Counted from the first letter of the stretch, positions 39,938 to 49,710 are shown. The stretch: 64,000 nt of DNA from Synergistaceae bacterium (GCA_031274425.1 JAISQE010000067.1:1-64000); one strand, 5' to 3'. Notes: generated by a model from the letters alone, not told the origin. Numbers and translations are program-made.

Positions 39938-39982
39938 TTCCAATTTAAAGCTGACAAAGCCGATGAAGAAGGTGCGAACGCG

Positions 39983-40357
39983 GTGTTGAGGGTGATCGTC
40001 GGAGGACAGATGGAGAAACAACGCATTGCCGACTTGGTGAAAAAACTGGGGGGCGAGGGCGTCAGCGTTCAGGTCAAAAGCGATATCGAGGCGGCGATGC
40101 TGATAAAACGGGGCGAAGCCGACTACTACCTTGGATGTTGCGCCACGGGAGGCGGAGGATCCCTCGCGGGGGCGATCGCGATTTTGGGTTACGGCCGGTG
40201 CGTTTCCGTTTCCATGCCGGGCATCGCGCCGGAAAAGAACAAAGTCGAGCAGGCCGTGAACGAGGGAAAGCAGGCGTTCGGGTTTACCGACAATCACGTG
40301 GACGCGGCTGTCGGCATGATCATGGAGGCTATTTCAAACAGGCAATCCGCGCAATGA
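39983..40357 (+). CDS. DUF2620 protein (YhfU-like)
   Basis: 124 aa; YYLGCCATGGGGSLAGAIAILG motif as in E. coli YhfU. Confidence 0.7.
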   Translation: MLRVIVGGQMEKQRIADLVKKLGGEGVSVQVKSDIEAAMLIKRGEADYYLGCCATGGGGSLAGAIAILGYGRCVSVSMPGIAPEKNKVEQAVNEGKQAFGFTDNHVDAAVGMIMEAISNRQSAQ

Positions 40358-41484
40358 ACCGGGTCGACACGATAGAGACCCATCCCCTCGAAAGCCTGAG
40401 CGTAGCGGAGGCGAAGGCCATGCAGTTTCGGCTGGTAGACGCGGCGGCGCGGCGGCTGAGCGGAACGGAGGCGCTTTCGACCGGCGATCTGGGGGTTGCC
40501 GCGCGCCACGGTCGCCCCGAAACGACGGAGAAGATTGAGGGCGTTGTCGCGGATTTTTTCGGAGCGGAGGCCGCCGCGCTGGTGCGCGGAGCGGGCAGCG
40601 GCGCCGTTCGCTTTGCCGTGTGGGCCGTGGCGCGGGCGGGCGACGGCGTGTTGACCCACGACGCCCCCATTTACGACACCACAAAACTTTTGTTCGATTC
40701 CATGGGCTTGAAGGTGGGTTCTTGCGATTTCAACTCCTTGGAAAAGACGGCGGAAACCCTTCGGAATGGGAATTTCGCTTTGGCTTTGGCGCAGCACGCC
40801 CGCCAAAAGATAGAAGACCGATACGCTCTGGCCGACGTGATTTCCGTTTTAAAACGGAACGCGCCTGAAATGCCCGTCGTGACGGACGACAACTACGCGG
40901 CGTTGAAGGTCCCTCGCATCGGCATCGAACTGGGCGCGGACCTGTCGACCTTTTCGGCTTTCAAGCTCCTGGGGCCCGAGGGGGTGGGGTGCGTCGCCGG
41001 CAGAGCGGATCTGGTGGAACGCATCCATAAAATGAACTACTCGGGAGGCGGCCAGGTGCAGGGGCATGAGGCCATGGAGGTTCTGCGAGGGATGATTTGC
41101 GCGCCTGTGCTTCTGGCGCTGCAGGCCGAGGTGGTGGAGGAACTCCACGCCCGGTTGAACGCCGCGGAGATCCAGGGCGTCAAACGCGCTTTTATCGCCA
41201 ATGCCCAATCCAAAGTATTGCTCGTCGAACTGGAGCGCCCGTTTGCCCGCAAGGTTTTGGAGCGGGCGGAGCCTCTGGGGGCCGCGCCCTGGCCCGTGGG
41301 GGCGGAGTCGAAATATGAGTTTGCCCCGATGTTTTACCGAGTGTCGGGAACCTTTCTCGCGTCGAACCCCTGGCTGGCGGAGCGCATGATTCGCATCAAT
41401 CCGATGAGGGCGGGGGCCGATACGGTCCTCGGAATATTGGAAAGAGCGATAGCGGCCGCCTCGCCCGGCCGGGGATTTGCATAG
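40354..41484 (+). CDS. YhfS-like PLP-dependent enzyme
   Basis: Starts MNRVDTIETHPLESL with ATGA overlap to the DUF2620 stop; about 376 aa, size and order match E. coli yhfS. Confidence 0.6.
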   Translation: MNRVDTIETHPLESLSVAEAKAMQFRLVDAAARRLSGTEALSTGDLGVAARHGRPETTEKIEGVVADFFGAEAAALVRGAGSGAVRFAVWAVARAGDGVLTHDAPIYDTTKLLFDSMGLKVGSCDFNSLEKTAETLRNGNFALALAQHARQKIEDRYALADVISVLKRNAPEMPVVTDDNYAALKVPRIGIELGADLSTFSAFKLLGPEGVGCVAGRADLVERIHKMNYSGGGQVQGHEAMEVLRGMICAPVLLALQAEVVEELHARLNAAEIQGVKRAFIANAQSKVLLVELERPFARKVLERAEPLGAAPWPVGAESKYEFAPMFYRVSGTFLASNPWLAERMIRINPMRAGADTVLGILERAIAAASPGRGFA

Positions 41485-41495
41485 GGGGATTCTGT

Positions 41496-42653
41496 GTGTT
41501 TTTAGGAAAAGTGAGAGCGCGTAATCCCAAACTTTTGGACAAGGCGTTGGAACTCCACGCGTCAGGGCAAATTCGCCCCGATACCTGGGTTATCGATTTG
41601 GATTCGCTGTTGAGCAACGCTTCTTCGATCCTGAATGAAGCGAGAAAATACGGCGTCGAGCTTTACTATATGACGAAGCAATTCGGCAGAAATCCCCTCA
41701 TCGCGCGGAAATTGCAGGATCTGGGCTACGCGGGAGCCGTTGCGGTCGACCACAAAGAGGCGTCCGTTCTGCTAAAAAATGGGCTGCGCTTGGGGCACGT
41801 GGGGCATCTCGCGCAAATTCCGGCCGCCGACGTCCCGAAAATCGTGGCGGCGCGTCCTGAAATCGTCACCGTTTACTCTTACGAGAAGGCCGAGCACCTG
41901 TCCGCGGAGACGTTGAAAGCGGGACGGGTTCAACCCATCATGCTCCGAATGTGGGATGAAAAAAACCCCGTGTTCTTGGGGCAGGAGGCGGGCTACAGCC
42001 TCACCCAGCTGCAGGCGTTGCTCTGGAGGCTCGACGCGTTGAAGGGAGTCCGCGTCGCCGGCGTCACGGCTTTCCCTTGCTTTGTTTTCGACCCGGACGT
42101 GGGGGACATCGTCCCCACGAAAAACGCGGAGCTGCTGGGCCGCGCCAAAGAATGGCTGAAACGGAATTGGGCGGACTCCTCCTCTTTGCAGATCAACATG
42201 CCTTCCGCGACCTGCCTGAGGACGTTGCCGCTCATCGCCGAGAGAGGAGGAACCCATGCCGAGCCGGGACATGGGTTGACGGGCACGACGCCGCTGCACG
42301 CGGCGACGGACCAGCCGGAGGTTCCCGCCATGGTGTACGTCACGGAGGTGTCGCACCATTGGAAGAGGTCCTCCATGGTGTACGGCGGGGGCTTTTACCG
42401 GCGGGGACACCTGCGTAACGCCTTCGTGGCGGGGAAAGCGACGATGGTCTATCCCTTGGATCCTTTGACGATCGATTATCATTTCGAGATCGATGGACAA
42501 TTTCCCGTGGGAACGCCGGTGTTGATGGCTTTTAGAGCGCAGGCTTTCGTAACCCGCAGCGATATTGCCGTGGTACGGGGAATCCACGCGAAAAAAGGCA
42601 AAAGCAAGCTCTTGGGCATTTTCGATCCGCTGGGGGGGAAAATCGCATCGTGA
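41496..42653 (+). CDS. YhfX-like putative amino-acid racemase (alanine racemase N-domain fold)
   Basis: 385 aa; MFLGKVRARNPKLLDKALELHASG... similar to YhfX. Confidence 0.6.
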   Translation: MFLGKVRARNPKLLDKALELHASGQIRPDTWVIDLDSLLSNASSILNEARKYGVELYYMTKQFGRNPLIARKLQDLGYAGAVAVDHKEASVLLKNGLRLGHVGHLAQIPAADVPKIVAARPEIVTVYSYEKAEHLSAETLKAGRVQPIMLRMWDEKNPVFLGQEAGYSLTQLQALLWRLDALKGVRVAGVTAFPCFVFDPDVGDIVPTKNAELLGRAKEWLKRNWADSSSLQINMPSATCLRTLPLIAERGGTHAEPGHGLTGTTPLHAATDQPEVPAMVYVTEVSHHWKRSSMVYGGGFYRRGHLRNAFVAGKATMVYPLDPLTIDYHFEIDGQFPVGTPVLMAFRAQAFVTRSDIAVVRGIHAKKGKSKLLGIFDPLGGKIAS

Positions 42654-43930
42654 AAAGATTTGTCGTCGTCGTTCTCGACGGATTGGGGATCGGGGCTATG
42701 GAGGACGTGCCCGCCGTGCGCCCCGAGGACATGGGAGCCTGCACTCTGGGCTCGATTCTGGAGTCCCGCCCCGATCTGCGCCTGCCGAACCTGGAGCGCC
42801 TGGGTCTCATGAACGCGCTGGGAAGGGAAAGCGCCCGTATGCGCTTTTCCGCGTCCGGGATCTGGGGGAGGGGATCTTTGATGCACTGGGGCGCGGACAC
42901 CTTCTGGGGACACCAGGAGATCCTGGGGACCCTGCCCAAACGCCCCCGGTGCGAGCCGTTCTCGACCGTGGCGGAGAAGATCGAAAGCCTGTTGCTGGGG
43001 AAGGGCTATAAGGTCCGCCGCGTGGGATTGGGCGGGCTCCGTCCCCCTGGGGTTGAGGTTGGAGTTGGAGTTGAGGTTGAACCTTTACAAAATCTTTATC
43101 TGCTGCAGGTGGAGGACGCCGTGACCTTGGGCGACAACCTGGAGGCCGATCCTGGACAAAACTACAACGTAACGGCGGTTTTGGACAGAATTTCTTTCGA
43201 CGAAGCGCTTCGAATCGGGCGCTACGTGCGGGAAAGCGTGGAGGTCTCCCGCGTGATCTGTTTCGGGAACCCGTCCGTGAACATGGATTGCCTTTTGAGC
43301 GCCATGGAAGTGAGAGACGCGCGGTATATGGGGGTCAGCTCCGCGCGAAGCGGGGTATACGGCGAAGGATATCGGTGCATCCACATGGGCTACGGCGTGG
43401 ACTCCGCTCTTCAGATCCCGGCGTTGCTGGCGGAGCGCGGCGTCCCCGTCCTTTTGTTCGGCAAGGTCGCGGATATCGTGGAAAATCCGCGGGGGGAGTC
43501 CGTCTCCTGGGTCGACACGGAAGAGGTCCTCTCCATGACGATGGGCGCGCTGACGGCGCTGGAGAGGGGATTTGTCTGCACCAACGTTCAGGAGACGGAC
43601 CTGGCCGGGCACATGCAGAGCGCCGAGCGGTACGCGGAGGCTCTGGAAAAAGCGGACCCTTGGATCGGGCGCTTGATGGAGCGCTTGCGCGACGACGACG
43701 TTTTGTTGGTGATGGCGGACCACGGCAACGACCCCAACATAGGGCATACCCACCATACCCGGGAAAAAGTTCCGATTTTGGTTTACTCCCCCCGCGTTGC
43801 GCGGCCGGACGGTCTTGAACTGGGCGAACGCGACACGCTTTCCGACGTGGGGGCCACCGTGGCCGCCTACTTCGGCGCTCGCGCGCCGGAGAACCCCCAC
43901 GCGAAACCGATAAAAGAGCTGCTCATATAG
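42650..43930 (+). CDS. YhfW-like phosphopentomutase-family metalloenzyme
   Basis: MKRFVVVVLDGLGIGAMEDVP..., alkaline-phosphatase-superfamily mutase motifs; 4-nt overlap with the previous gene. Confidence 0.65.
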   Translation: MKRFVVVVLDGLGIGAMEDVPAVRPEDMGACTLGSILESRPDLRLPNLERLGLMNALGRESARMRFSASGIWGRGSLMHWGADTFWGHQEILGTLPKRPRCEPFSTVAEKIESLLLGKGYKVRRVGLGGLRPPGVEVGVGVEVEPLQNLYLLQVEDAVTLGDNLEADPGQNYNVTAVLDRISFDEALRIGRYVRESVEVSRVICFGNPSVNMDCLLSAMEVRDARYMGVSSARSGVYGEGYRCIHMGYGVDSALQIPALLAERGVPVLLFGKVADIVENPRGESVSWVDTEEVLSMTMGALTALERGFVCTNVQETDLAGHMQSAERYAEALEKADPWIGRLMERLRDDDVLLVMADHGNDPNIGHTHHTREKVPILVYSPRVARPDGLELGERDTLSDVGATVAAYFGARAPENPHAKPIKELLI

Positions 43931-43933
43931 ATA

Positions 43934-43972
43934 GACTTATTGATAGAGAGACTTATTATTGATTATTGATAT
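43934..43972. promoter_or_regulatory. TTATTGAT direct-repeat cluster immediately upstream of the TetR gene (candidate operator)
   Basis: GACTTATTGATAGAGAGACTTATTATTGATTATTGATATC; three TTATTGAT copies within 40 bp, ending 12 bp before the tetR ATG. Confidence 0.4.
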
Positions 43973-43984
43973 CGAGGGACCAGG

Positions 43985-44617
43985 ATGCCGACTCAGACTT
44001 TTTACAACCTGCCCGCCGAAAAGCGGGAAAGAATATTACAGGCCGCCATCGAGGAATTCGGCCGGCGCAACGTGCAGGAAGCGAATCTTTCGAACATCGT
44101 GAGCGCGGCGAATATCTCTCGCGGTAGCCTGTATCAGTATTTTTCGAACAAAGAAGACATGTACGTTTACATCTTCGACACCTTGCGGGCTCGCCGCGCC
44201 GAGTACGTCAAACCCGCGTTCTCGCTCTACAAAAAAGAGCCGTTCCTCAATTTCTTCGAGGCGTTTTATCTGCGCGACAGCGAGTTTTTGCTGAGAAACC
44301 CCAGCCATATCGAGCTGGGCAAGCAACTGTACAGCCACGCTCACGGCGTCTCGCGCGGTTTGATTCAGCGCGCGCAAAGTCACTACAAGGAGACTTTTCT
44401 TTTGGCCATCGAGTTCGACAAGGAGCGCGGCATCATCTCTCTCGAGATCGATTCCTCGGCGCTGGCGGATTTATGCGTCCACTTCGTCACCGACATTTTC
44501 ATCTTTCAAAGCGTGATGAGCCAACTCTCCATGTCCAATATCGAGCGACACGCGCGCCAAACGCTTTACATCCTCCAAAACGGGACAAATCCCAAGCGGA
44601 TGCCCGAGGGGTTATAA
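43985..44617 (+). CDS. TetR/AcrR family transcriptional regulator
   Basis: N-terminal HTH (EANLSNIVSAANISRGSLYQYFSNKEDMY). Confidence 0.85.
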   Translation: MPTQTFYNLPAEKRERILQAAIEEFGRRNVQEANLSNIVSAANISRGSLYQYFSNKEDMYVYIFDTLRARRAEYVKPAFSLYKKEPFLNFFEAFYLRDSEFLLRNPSHIELGKQLYSHAHGVSRGLIQRAQSHYKETFLLAIEFDKERGIISLEIDSSALADLCVHFVTDIFIFQSVMSQLSMSNIERHARQTLYILQNGTNPKRMPEGL

Positions 44618-45343
44618 CCGCATCCCGCCGTTGACGCTCAAAACATGCCCCGTGACGTAGCTGCTCTCGTCGCTGGCTAGGAACAGGGCGGCGCGCGCTA
44701 TCTCCTCCGGCTGGCCCAGACGGCCCAGCATGGTCAAGGCGGCGAACTTGTCCAGGAGGTCCTGCGGCACGGTCTTCATCATGTCCGTCATGACATAACC
44801 CGGCGCTATGGCGTTTGAGCGCACGGCGGCGCCTTTGCGCGCGAACTCCTTCGCCCAGGTCTTCGTCATGCCGATGACGCCCGCCTTGGTGGCCGCGTAG
44901 TTGGTCTGCCCGATGTTGCCGAATTCGCCCACCACGGAGGAGATGTTGATGATGGAGCCGTAGCCCTTTTCCATCATGAGGGGGCCGATGAGACGCGCCA
45001 TGTTGAAGACGCCTTTCAAGTTCACGTCGACGACCACGTTCCACAGTTCGTCGGTCATTTTGTGGATCAGGGCGTCGCGCGTGATGCCGGCGTTGTTCAC
45101 CAGCACGTCGATCCTGCCGTGTTTGGCGGCCAGCTCATCCACTACCTGCTTGCAATTGCCCACGTCGGTCACGTTCAGCTTGACGTACCCGACGCCGGGG
45201 GCCTCGTAGGACGGCGGGTTCATATCGGCGGCTATCGCGACCGCCCCCTCGGCGGCGAACAGTTTGCAGCATTCCCCTCCGATGCCGGCCGCGCCCCCTG
45301 TCACCAGCGCAATTTTCCCTTCCAGACGTTTTGACATAACCAT
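44612..45343 (-). CDS. SDR family oxidoreductase (FabG-like 3-oxoacyl reductase)
   Basis: TGGAAGIG Rossmann motif, NNAG, YxxxK catalytic tetrad. Confidence 0.85.
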   Translation of the reverse strand: MVMSKRLEGKIALVTGGAAGIGGECCKLFAAEGAVAIAADMNPPSYEAPGVGYVKLNVTDVGNCKQVVDELAAKHGRIDVLVNNAGITRDALIHKMTDELWNVVVDVNLKGVFNMARLIGPLMMEKGYGSIINISSVVGEFGNIGQTNYAATKAGVIGMTKTWAKEFARKGAAVRSNAIAPGYVMTDMMKTVPQDLLDKFAALTMLGRLGQPEEIARAALFLASDESSYVTGHVLSVNGGMRL

Positions 45344-45368
45344 GACCTCCTAATATATAATTAATAAA

Positions 45369-46187
45369 TTATGATACAACGCGGATGTCGAGGTCGCTGC
45401 CGACAAATCCTAGCACCAGCGAAACGAACTCCGCGGGTTTTTCGTACATCACCGCGTGCCCGGCGTTTTGTACGGTCACGTGGCTCGCGTTGGGGATCGC
45501 TTCCGCCAGCTCCTTCTGTTGGTACGGAGGCGTGACGAAATCGTATTCGGACGAGATGACGAGCGTGGGCGAGGCGATGGCGCTCAGGTTCCCACGCTCG
45601 TCGTGGGTTTCGGCGCTGCGGATCAGCCGTCCGAAAGCGTCGTAGACCTCTGGAGTGAAATGCGTCACGAACAGATCCTCCCGCGCCGCGACCCACGTGT
45701 AATGTTTTTCATAAAACCGCGGGGAGTAGACGATGGGGATGCAGGTTTTGAAGAACTGGCGGCCGTCGTGGCTCCGACAGGCGTCGTCCCAAGAGCGGCC
45801 GATGTCCCGCAGCCACTTGGACGTATAGGCTGCCGTATTCGATAAAATCAGCTTTTTCACCTTATCCGGACAGCGGGCTGCCGCCTTCATGGCTACCTCG
45901 CCGCCGTAGCTGACGCCCATCAGGTTGACCGACTCCAGTTTTATTTCCTCAAGGAGCGCCAGTACCATATCCGCCTGCGTGGAGAGCGAATATTCGCCAT
46001 CCATTTTCCCGCTTTTGCCCTGATCGAGGAAATCCACTAGAATCAGGCGATTTTTCGCCGCAAAACTGGGGACGAACGCCTCCCAGGAGGCGCAGGACAT
46101 GAAAATCCCGTTCAGGACCAACAGGGGCTCGCCCTTACCCATGTCCTCGTAATACACCCGGCGCTTGCCGAACGCGAACGTCGCCAT
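45369..46187 (-). CDS. alpha/beta hydrolase
   Basis: Start MATFAFGKRRVYYEDMGKGEPLLVLNG; nucleophile elbow GVSYGG. Upstream ORF extension is artefact. Confidence 0.75.
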   Translation of the reverse strand: MATFAFGKRRVYYEDMGKGEPLLVLNGIFMSCASWEAFVPSFAAKNRLILVDFLDQGKSGKMDGEYSLSTQADMVLALLEEIKLESVNLMGVSYGGEVAMKAAARCPDKVKKLILSNTAAYTSKWLRDIGRSWDDACRSHDGRQFFKTCIPIVYSPRFYEKHYTWVAAREDLFVTHFTPEVYDAFGRLIRSAETHDERGNLSAIASPTLVISSEYDFVTPPYQQKELAEAIPNASHVTVQNAGHAVMYEKPAEFVSLVLGFVGSDLDIRVVS

Positions 46188-46198
46188 GTGCCCCTCGC

Positions 46199-47521
46199 CT
46201 AAAGCCAATATTGCAGGTTTTTCGCGGCGGCCCGCAGCCCCTCCCGAAACCTTGGGTGGGCGATGGCGATCAAACGTTCGGCGCGCTCCCGCAGCGTGGT
46301 CCCCCGCAAATTCACGGCGCCGTGTTCGGTCACGACCCAATCCACGTCGTTACGGGAAAGCGAGACCGCCGCGCCTTGCCGGAGCAGCGGCACGATCTTC
46401 GAGACCTCTTCTCTTTCGCCGTTTTCCGCGTTTTTCACCATGGCTGTGCTATAGAGCGCGATGACGCTTCGCCCGTTTTTGCTTCTCTGGGCGCCAACGG
46501 CGGTATCGCCTTGGCCGCCGGTCCCGGAGATCTGCATCGGCCCTACGCTTTCGCTGCAACACTGGCCGGTCAGGTCTATTTCCACCGACGTATTGATGCT
46601 CACCTGGTTGTCGTTGCCGGCGATGGCGTAGGGATCGTTGACCCAACTGCCGCGGCTCACCCAAATGTCCGGGTTGTCGTTCATGAACTCGTACATCTCC
46701 TGGCTGCCCAACGCGAAAGCGCACACCACCTTGCCCACGTTCATCTGCTTTTTGCTGCCGCTCACCACGCCTTTTCTCATCAGGTTCATGATGCCGGTGG
46801 TCATCATCTCGGTGTGAATGCCCAGGTCCTTCTTTTCGGCCAAAAACTCGCACACGGCGTTGGGGATGCCGCCGATCCCCACTTGAATGCAGTCGCCGTC
46901 GTCGATGAGTCCGGCAATATGTCTGCCGATGTCTCGGTCTTTTTCGTTGGGCGGCACGTCGGGAATGGTGGGAAGAAAATAGTCGCACTCGACCACGTGG
47001 TCCACGTCGTCCCATTCGAGATAGTTGTCGCCGAAGCTGTGGGGCGCGTGAGGGGTGATCTCCAGGATGACGATATCGGCCAGCTTCGCGATCTCCTCCT
47101 CGTAGACGTTGCCGCAGGAAAAACGAACGCGGCCGTTTTCCTCCGGCATCGAGGCCGAGCAGACGAAAACGTTCGCTTTTTTATGGTAGTTACGCTTGGA
47201 GCCCGCAAAATGCAGATGGTTGGGAATGAAAGAGACCCTGCCGGTCTTGTGCAGCTTGCGCAAAATGGGAGAGTAGAACCAGGAGTCCAGCTTAAAAGCC
47301 GTTTCCAGATATTTTTCCGAAAGGTACTCGCCGGAGACGGTGGAAAGGCAACTGGTGACGGTTACGTCCTTTACGCGGTCGGCGATGGTGTGGAGGCGGC
47401 TCAGGAATTCGACCGGCTCCGCGCCCGCCATGCCCACCGTGATGTTGTCGCCGGATTTCACCATGTTCAGCGCCTGCTCCGTCGTAATTTTTTTCGAACT
47501 ATAGTCAAACATCGGAGTCAT
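46199..47521 (-). CDS. acetyl-CoA hydrolase/transferase family protein (4-hydroxybutyrate CoA-transferase-like)
   Basis: About 440 aa; family I CoA-transferase fold motifs. Start placed at MTPMFDY. Confidence 0.75.
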   Translation of the reverse strand: MTPMFDYSSKKITTEQALNMVKSGDNITVGMAGAEPVEFLSRLHTIADRVKDVTVTSCLSTVSGEYLSEKYLETAFKLDSWFYSPILRKLHKTGRVSFIPNHLHFAGSKRNYHKKANVFVCSASMPEENGRVRFSCGNVYEEEIAKLADIVILEITPHAPHSFGDNYLEWDDVDHVVECDYFLPTIPDVPPNEKDRDIGRHIAGLIDDGDCIQVGIGGIPNAVCEFLAEKKDLGIHTEMMTTGIMNLMRKGVVSGSKKQMNVGKVVCAFALGSQEMYEFMNDNPDIWVSRGSWVNDPYAIAGNDNQVSINTSVEIDLTGQCCSESVGPMQISGTGGQGDTAVGAQRSKNGRSVIALYSTAMVKNAENGEREEVSKIVPLLRQGAAVSLSRNDVDWVVTEHGAVNLRGTTLRERAERLIAIAHPRFREGLRAAAKNLQYWL

Positions 47522-48597
47522 CCCCTCTTGCCCCAGCGCACGCAGGTGGAGGCCCATACATATCCGATGCCCGCCGCAATCATGGCGACCACCGTGCCGT
47601 CTTCGATTTTGCCCTGCTCGATGCCCAGCGCTAGGGAGAGGATCTGATCGATCTGCCCCATGTGCCCGTAGTCCTCCAAATAAAGGCTCTGCTCGGGCGC
47701 GAGCCCCAGTTCCGCTACCATAGACAGGTGCTGGCTTCGCTTGAAATGCAGAATGGCGAGATAACCGATGTCCTTTCGGGAGAGCCCTCCGCTCTTGCGC
47801 AGGCTTTCGTCGATGCAGCGGTACCAGTTCGATATGCTCACTTCGTTCAATCGGGTCTTCATGTGTCCGGGGTTCATCACGCGCAAAGACCTGTAGCCCT
47901 CCTCCACGTTGTCGGGAGTGAAGGGTTTCGCGATGCCGCCGATCTCCACGCCGGCGTCCCGGGCCAGAGACCCGTCGGCCATGACGTGGGTGCCCAACAC
48001 CAGGTTTTTGTCCATGCCTTTTTGTAAAATCAACGCGCCGCCGCCCGCCGACAGGTTGTACATCATGCTCATGTCTTTATCGGTGTAGTCCACAAAATCG
48101 CCGTTGCGGTAGCCTCCGGCGATCAGGACGGTCTTGATTTCGTCGTCCGCGTTCAACATGTCTTTCGCCATTTTGATGGCGGTGCAGGTGGTGCAGCATC
48201 GGTTCGCCACATCGATGCCCCAGGCGTTCGCCGCGCCGATCTCGTCCTGGATGTAGAGCGCCGAGGTGGTGAGCGGATATTCCTTCCACTCCTCGCCCAT
48301 GCAAAGGATCACGTCGATTTCTTTCGGGTCCAGCCCCGTGCGGTTCAGCGCGTCCTGCGCGGCGCGCGCGCCCATTTTCTGAGTGCCGTCGTTCGGCCCC
48401 GGTATCGTTTTCCGCACGACGCCCAGTTTCTCCACCACGGCGTCTTCGCTCCACACGCCCTTCGTCGCTTCCGATATCTCCTTCGCGGTCATGACCCGCG
48501 AAGGCAAATACAGTCCGTAACCCAGAATGCCGACATTTTCGTTTTTCACATTTTCGTTCTTCACCCTACAAATCCCCTTTCCCGCAAATTCATACAA
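47518..48597 (-). CDS. 3-oxoacyl-ACP synthase III-like (KAS III / FabH-like) condensing enzyme
   Basis: Active-site Cys context NRCCTTCTAIKMA, C-terminal His/Asn region. N-terminal region contains a 15-bp tandem duplication (VKNENVKNEN); true start likely a GTG within it. Confidence 0.75.
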   Translation of the reverse strand: MYEFAGKGICRVKNENVKNENVGILGYGLYLPSRVMTAKEISEATKGVWSEDAVVEKLGVVRKTIPGPNDGTQKMGARAAQDALNRTGLDPKEIDVILCMGEEWKEYPLTTSALYIQDEIGAANAWGIDVANRCCTTCTAIKMAKDMLNADDEIKTVLIAGGYRNGDFVDYTDKDMSMMYNLSAGGGALILQKGMDKNLVLGTHVMADGSLARDAGVEIGGIAKPFTPDNVEEGYRSLRVMNPGHMKTRLNEVSISNWYRCIDESLRKSGGLSRKDIGYLAILHFKRSQHLSMVAELGLAPEQSLYLEDYGHMGQIDQILSLALGIEQGKIEDGTVVAMIAAGIGYVWASTCVRWGKRG

Positions 48598-48687
48598 GAT
48601 TCAGATTAAAAATATGACAACCATGTCATTTTTATTTTTCAGTATAACAGGCGTAATTGATTATTTCAAGAAAATGCGCGGACCTTA

Positions 48688-48716
48688 TTGCAAAGTTAGA
48701 AAACGGCAGTTATAAT
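48688..48716 (+). promoter_or_regulatory. sigma70-like promoter TTGCAA-17-TATAAT for the liv operon
   Basis: TTGCAA 48688-48693, 17-nt spacer, TATAAT 48711-48716; about 75 nt upstream of the livH ATG. Confidence 0.5.
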
Positions 48717-48793
48717 GGCGCTATACTTTCCTATTGGACAGCGTCGCCGCGGAATATTTTTAAAGTGTGACCCATATAAAAGGGAGGATAATA

Positions 48794-49696
48794 ATGACAA
48801 TGTTGTCATTGACCAACGAGTTGGGAACCGTCCTGCAATTGTTCATGCGCAGCCTGGAGACCGGAAGCGTGTATGCTCTTGCGGCCCTGGGCATCATCAT
48901 TATTTATCGCACGAGCAATATCGTGCATTTTGCTCAAGGTTCGCTGGGCATGTTCAACACGTTCGTGGTCACTTACGTGTTTTTGTCCTTCCGCCTGCCC
49001 CTGTGGGCCTCCACCCTGTGCGGCGTCGCCGCCGCCATAGGTTTGGGTTTTCTGGTTGACCTGCTCATCATCCGACATACCAAAAAAGTGTCCCCTCTGG
49101 CCAAGCAGATCATCACCCTGGGGCTCATCATGGTCTTTCTGGGGCTCGCTCCCATGTTGTTCGGCGTGGACCCGCTGTCGCTGCCCCGTTTTCTCCAGAG
49201 CGGAGACGTGAATTTCGGGGGCGCGTCCATCTCTCACAACGCTATCTTGAACATCAGCCTGGGCCTTGTGCTGATGGGCATTTTGTTCTACGTGCTGCAA
49301 AAAACCAAAATGGGGCTGGCCGTGCGGACCACGGCCTCCAACGAGCCCGTGGCGCGTTTGATGGGCGTGCCCACTCGGCGGGTGACTCTGGCGGCGTGGG
49401 CTCTGGCCGGGGTGCTGGGCTGCCTTTCCGGCGTGATGATCGCCCCGACCACAACGGTGACCACCTCCCTGATGGACGCCGTGCAGGTGAACGCCCTGTT
49501 CGGATGCGTGCTGGGCGGCTTCCAGACCTTCTACGGGCCGGTGCTCGGGGCCTACATCATCGGCGTAGGGCGCAATTTCCTCGTGTACTACGTCAGCTCT
49601 ATATGGGGCGAACAGATCATGTACCTGCTCATCCTGATCTTTCTCATCTTTCGTCCGAACGGGCTCATCGGTAAAAAATTCATCAAAAAAGTGTAA
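48794..49696 (+). CDS. livH: branched-chain amino acid ABC transporter permease
   Basis: LivH family; ATG 48794 follows RBS AAAGGGAGG. Confidence 0.85.
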   Translation: MTMLSLTNELGTVLQLFMRSLETGSVYALAALGIIIIYRTSNIVHFAQGSLGMFNTFVVTYVFLSFRLPLWASTLCGVAAAIGLGFLVDLLIIRHTKKVSPLAKQIITLGLIMVFLGLAPMLFGVDPLSLPRFLQSGDVNFGGASISHNAILNISLGLVLMGILFYVLQKTKMGLAVRTTASNEPVARLMGVPTRRVTLAAWALAGVLGCLSGVMIAPTTTVTTSLMDAVQVNALFGCVLGGFQTFYGPVLGAYIIGVGRNFLVYYVSSIWGEQIMYLLILIFLIFRPNGLIGKKFIKKV

Positions 49697-49710
49697 GGGG
49701 GTGTGATCTA

